NCBI GenBank assembly: GCA_951406725.2
Contig: OX597814.1
Coordinates: forward strand, 65,472,001-65,536,000
Length of the DNA stretch: 64,000 nt
Direction of reading: 5' to 3'
Source: Octopus vulgaris
Taxonomy: Eukaryota
The notes under the pieces were generated by a model. That model did not search any database, was not told the DNA's origin, and saw only the letters and a list, made by a program, of their open reading frames with translations. Position 1 is the stretch's first letter. Every line of letters begins with the position of its first letter. Shown in pieces: positions 57,857 to 64,000 of the stretch. Made by a program: the position numbers and the translations under genes.

Positions 57857-58855
57857 GATTGAGAGAGTAGTGCATGCCATGAGAGTGAAACTGGAGTAAA
57901 ATATACGAAGCCCAGTATAACCATCATGACTACCCGTCTGATAGGAGTACACTAGGCACATGCACTACAACCATGTGTGCGCGACATGGTGATCTCATAT
58001 CAAGATAAACAGTACATGACCTTGCAGGTGGGGCTCAGTTAGAATATTCTCCTGGTCGAGTAACCCCAAAGGTCCCTGAACATGGGTTGTTTAAGGATGT
58101 TGAACGAAACATCCATGTTTCCAGAGGTGAATTATTCAAACCCCAAAGAATCCCTCTCAACACATGGCAATGATGCTTCCCCACTACTTCTGCTCGTGAT
58201 CAGAGATGCACATATCGGCAGTCACTAAGGGACATGGCCAACTGGTTAAGGTCAAACAACTGACAATCAAATCTTTGGAATTGAGCAGAATATTTGCTGT
58301 AGCCCATCGTTTATACCAAGACAAATCAATGCACATGATAACACTTCCATTCAATTAAGATCAGAAGTCACGAGTGCCACTGCCTGTTACTGCATCAGGG
58401 TATTAGCCACTGCCTGGTACTACATCAAAGCATTTCGCACAGTCTGGTACTGCATCGGGGCATTAGCCACTTCCTGGTACTGCATTAGGGCATTAGCCAC
58501 TGCCTGGTACTGCATCAGGGCATTATTATTATTATTATTATTATTATTGAGTGAGCGAGCAGAGCATGCCATCAAAGTGACACTGGGGTAAAATATACGA
58601 AGCCCAATATACCCATCATGACTACCCGTCTGATAAGGGCACACCAGGCACATGCATCACAACCATATGTGCGCGGCATGGTGATCTCATATCAAGATAA
58701 ACTGCACATGACCTTGCAGGTGGGGCCCAGTTAGAATTTTCTTCAGGTTGAGTAGCCCATCCCGCTCAAACGGTCCCTGAATAAGGGTTGTTTAAGGATG
58801 TTGAAAAACCCACCCATGTCTCCAGAGGTGAATTATTCAAACCCCAAAGAATCCC

Positions 58856-58938
<83 letters not shown>

Positions 58939-58958
58939 GTTATTATTATTATTATTAG

Positions 58959-59025
<67 letters not shown>

Positions 59026-59333
59026 GAGTGAGAGAGCAATGCATTTGGGTAAAATATACGAAGCCCAGTATACCCGTCTGATAAGGGTACACTAGGCACA
59101 TGCATCACAATCATATGTGTGCGACATGGTGATCTCATATCAAGATAAACAGCACATGACCTTGCAGGTAGGGCCCAGTTAGAATATTCTTCTGGTCGAG
59201 TAACCCATCCCGCTCAAAAGGTCCCTGAATAAGGGTTGTTTAAGGATGTTGAACGAAACACCCATGTTTACAGAGGTGAATTATTCAAACCCCAAAGAAT
59301 CCCTCTCAACACATGGCAATGATGCTTCCCCAC

Positions 59334-59364
<31 letters not shown>

Positions 59365-59393
59365 CATTATTATTATTATTATTATTATTATCA

Positions 59394-59460
<67 letters not shown>

Positions 59461-60020
59461 CATTGAGTGAGAGAGCAGTTCATGCCATCAAAGTGAAACT
59501 GGGGTAAAATATACGAAGCCCAATATACCCATCATGACTACCCGTCTGATAAAGGTACACCAGGCACATGCATCACAACCATATGTGCGCGACATGGTGA
59601 TCTCATATCAAGATAAACAGCACATGACCTTGCAGGTCGGGCCCAGTTAGAATTTTCTTCAGTTTGAGTAGCCCATCCCGCTCAAACGGTCCCTGAATAA
59701 GGGTTGTTTAAGGATGTTGAAAGAACCACCCATGTTTCCAGAGGTGAACTATTCAAACCCCAAAGAATCCCTCTCAACACATGGCTATGATGCTCCCCCA
59801 CTACTTCTGCTCGTGATCAGAGATGCACATATCGTCAGCCACTAAGGGACATGCTCAACTGGTTAAGGTCAAACAACTGACAAGCGAATCTGTGGTATTG
59901 AGCAGAATATTTGCTGTAGCCCATCTTTTATACCAAGACAAAACAATGTACATGATAATACTTCCAATGAGTTAAGATCAGAAGCCACAAGAGCCACTGC
60001 CTGGTACTGCAACAGGGCAT
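57857..60020 (-). mobile_element. Tandem array of four non-coding (TAA)n-flanked elements
   Basis: Copies 57857-58523, 58549-58856, 59026-59334 and 59465-60020, separated by (TTA)n. Confidence 0.9.
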
Positions 60021-60021
60021 T

Positions 60022-60179
<158 letters not shown>

Positions 60180-60627
60180 TATGAGGATTGCAAAGAAAGA
60201 CACAAATAATCATATTTAATAAAAATTATATTGTATAAAACTGGCCTTTATTTAACACCATGATGAACAAAAGAGAATGATGTAGATACAATCTTCATTT
60301 TGTCATCTAGTTAATAAATTATGGGACAAATAATTTCAACAATAAATACTTCCCCTGGAATCCGTTTGAGAATTGCTGGTGCCATATTATGTGTTATAAT
60401 GGCACCTATTTTGTGTGTTGGACCTGTTCCTGAGAAACTGTAATTATTGCATTTCAAGTGAAATGTAAGAATCCCGAAATTTAGACCATTTTATGTCTGG
60501 CAGTTTGTATTTTGATTGTGAATATGAAATATATCACCATCAGTTTCGATCGACTTAATTTACCTGCATACCAACTTACCGTGTACTTGACTGGACATTC
60601 CTCAGGCAGACTCAGCGTGACACAGTT

Positions 60628-60695
<68 letters not shown>

Positions 60696-62477
60696 TGCGT
60701 GTATTTGTGTGTGTGAAAGAGGGAGAGTTAGAGAGAGAGAACTGAATTTTTTAATCATATTTACAAAACACCCGATTAGTTTTGCACAATTTCCATTTAC
60801 CTAATTTAACTCACAAAATCAGTCGACTTAAGATAACGTAAAAACCATTTGCTTAAGATAGCAGACATTTGGATAGAACCCGGAGCCTTACTTTTTGAAA
60901 GATAACGTTTTAACCATTGAATATGCTATACCCACTTATACCAATGTAAAGCAAAACTAAGTACACCTACAGCTCACCCAATATCATTAATCAGATGCTA
61001 CAACTAATTTATATCCTGTTTGTTAAAAAATAGTAAAAAACAATTAACATACAGTCCCAAATCTTTTTTTCGGGAACTTTCAAGATTAACTTTAGTAGAC
61101 CAATGGATAGCGAAAATAGCCTCCTCTCCATACAATCCACCTCTTAATTCACGAAATTCTGAGTATGGTAAAGAATGTAAATGCCTACTAAATCATTACT
61201 CGTGCTGTGTCGCAGGACACCAGTAATGTTGAAATAATCGGGTGTATCAGTTCTTGTCCAGTATTTTTCAGTGAATTCTATTATACTGTTCTTAGTCATT
61301 AGTAATATATTAATTTCACATTTTAGATAAATCTAAACTCTTCATCATGAAAATTAAGGCCTTATTAATAAAATAGTGTTGACAGTTGAATAATAATTCA
61401 CTATATCTAATTGAATGAATTTAGTACATTTTCTATCTTTAATATCGATGAACCAACCACTTATTTCCAAGGAATAAGGCCATAAACATTAATTAACATG
61501 TTGTCTAGGATTAGGAATATGCTTATCAATAATACGTTTACGAATCTTATCAGGTGGTATTATCAAGTTATACATAACTATTTCAGTTATCTAAGTTAAA
61601 ACTCGATTTAGTGGGGCAAATGTCTAACTTGTGAATTTGTCTCTTTAAGTTTATTCTGGGGGTTTGGGGAGTGTAGGGTTTAGTCCGATCTTCCACTTGT
61701 TAATCTTCAACCAATTTCACAATTAAGTTAATGTTATGTAAGCTTTCCTTAGAAGTTTTTTAATAGTCCTTCATAATTTCTTTTTTAAAAAAATCGAGGA
61801 ATATTTCAGATTCCATATTTACAGTTTTTTCAGCATGGTATACTTCTGATTTACTTCGTTAACTGTTACAATTTTCTTAGGTGGGTCTTTCCTCTGAAAG
61901 GGATTCGAAGGAAGTTAACGTTCTTAACGATATTCTCATGTCCATCTTCGAAACCAGCCAATAGTGTGTTATACGGAGGAATCCTTCGTGATGTAAATAT
62001 ATATCAATGGCTTACGTGCAGTGACATCCATCAACACTTTTCTGTCGATGGTGCTATATTTCATTATTTCATAATTTTCTCATGCTTTGCATTAAATCGC
62101 AATGTTGAAACCACTCGCCAACTCGCAGTGATTCCGTCAAAAGAGACCTCGAAAAAAGAAAAAGAAAACTTTATTCATATGAAGAAAATTATATCATATT
62201 ATTGCACCACATTCTTTAGTTAATTATTAGCAGTACACAAGTAAAACGCTGAAAATCGCTACAACTGTTGGCCTCACAAAAATCATGGGTCTCTCTTCAC
62301 GAAAGTACGTCTTTAATATTATTAGGAATGAATTTCAATGTCTACTCCTTTCCTTCATCCCACAATAATCGTTAACAGAATATGATAAAGATTTACTGTT
62401 TTATCAGCCAAGACAAATATTCCGTTAACTGCTGCAATTTTCTTGCAGTTAACTATTGCAATTTATCTTATTTATAG

Positions 62478-62815
62478 GGGAGACCCGCTTCGGTCATGAT
62501 TGACCAGGGGATTGCGCCTAGAAAATTACTCTCCGAGGTACAAGTCCGGGCAAGGTTGTTTATGGAAGGCCAGCAGTCGCCCATGCATACCAACCTCCCC
62601 TCTCCACACCACTATTGTAATCCAAGCGAAAAGCAAAGGCCGATACAGCTAGGCACCAGTGATGTCGCAACTCATTTTAACAGCTGAGTTAACCGGAGCA
62701 ACGTGAAATAAAGTGTCTTGCTCAAGAACACAACACGCCGCCCGGTCCGGGAATCGAACTCACAACCTCACGATCGGAAGCTCGACGCTGTAACCACTGA
62801 GTCATGCGCGTTCAC
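62478..62815 (-). mobile_element. tRNA-derived SINE, near full length
   Basis: Minus-strand head TGACTCAGTGGTTA..GAGTTCGATTCCCGG, then TTGAGCAAGACACTT core. Confidence 0.78.
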
Positions 62816-64000
62816 TAACTTATTTATTAGTAGTGTGATTTTGGATATAGTAAATTTTGTCCTTATACCCATCTTCAGTTATTGTGAAACCTACAGTGGG
62901 GTAATACTCATTTACAAGGGATGCACATGCTAACATCCTTGAACGTAACCAGAAAATCCCATACGATTTATCGGCATAAGCTGTCTCATAGGAACCCACA
63001 CCAGCCTCTGCTCCTTAGACGTACTCTCTCCTCTTTCTAACTTTTGTAATGATTGCTATTCACAGGTGGCTGAAATCATGAAACCATCATTTAATCCTTT
63101 TCGACCCATTTGCCTCTCCTCCTCTCACTATGATTGTTGTGTCCTTCCTAGGGATTGCACCAATTAATACGCCTAATCCTTTGTTCTCAGAACGTCGGCC
63201 CGTTGCAGCACACTACTTTTTTCAGTATTCCTCGGATGTATTGACATAGGAAAGGAGTGTTCATAGTCTTTGAAATAATATGGGGAACTGTACCTAAGTA
63301 AAGATCTATCAAGTAATCTATCTATCTATCTATCTGTCTATCTATTTATCAATCTATTTATCTATCTAGCTAACTATCTATCTACACATACATGCACACA
63401 CATATACACACATGTATATATGACCGTGTGTGCGTGTATATATGTATGAGTATATGCGTGCGTGTATATATTTGAATGAATACAAGCATTAATATTCACG
63501 CATATAATGAATACGTACGAATGTATTTAGTAGAAAGCGCGCGTGAGTTCAGGGGCATGTGGACGTTATCAATTATATGTAACAAATGTAGAGATATACA
63601 GAGAGACATACGTAAAAACAAATAAAAGAAAACTACGGTCTATTCTCAGGCGAATATTAATACGCAAGTACACACAAACACTAGCCGGCACAACTTATTT
63701 TGCGATAAGTAACCTTTCCGTGACCCTGATATTAACACTACGTTGTTATCTATAAGTAACAACAGAAGTGTGTTGCATAAACCTCGAAGGGGTCAACGTT
63801 TTCTTGGCATCGTTCCTGATATCTTCAATCTGTACCAAACACCTAATTGTACTCTCTTTCTTCATTGGATTAGATAGCAGCTGGGTCAGTCAAATACAAC
63901 CTCGTAAATAAGCCCACACATTCGTGAATAGTTGACGGACAAGATAATTTACAATTGAAATAGTAAGATTTTATAAGCGATGGCGCGTCTCTTTTTATGT

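Noticed and set aside
57857-60020. Repeat-spacer appearance suggestive of CRISPR
   Set aside because: Eukaryotic context; the units are homologous TE copies separated by microsatellite, and there are no cas genes

Overview
Eukaryotic, AT-rich, microsatellite-saturated DNA with no recognisable host protein-coding gene. The repeat content suggests an octopus or other cephalopod intergenic/intronic region (inference). Most track ORFs are simple-repeat artefacts. The real coding remnants come from transposable elements: three families of R4/Dong-like RLE non-LTR retrotransposons sitting in (TAA)n, two Penelope-like GIY-YIG fragments, RTE and CR1-like LINE fragments, a mariner and a Tc1-like fragment, plus Helitron-like and hAT non-autonomous elements and several tRNA-derived SINE families. 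The most striking unannotated signal, folded by eye, is a set of type I hammerhead ribozyme motifs. Two identical ones lie in 301-bp direct repeats 456 bp apart (16.2-16.9 kb; retrozyme-like circRNA candidate). Two more have canonical cores (47.6 and 49.1 kb), U3-A8 core variants lie behind both Penelope endonuclease remnants, and degenerate ones sit in foldback elements. Also notable: a non-coding ~560-bp (TAA)n-flanked element in six copies, and a ~1.65-kb inverted duplication of a nested TE stack. Coordinates were read manually and may be off by a few bases.
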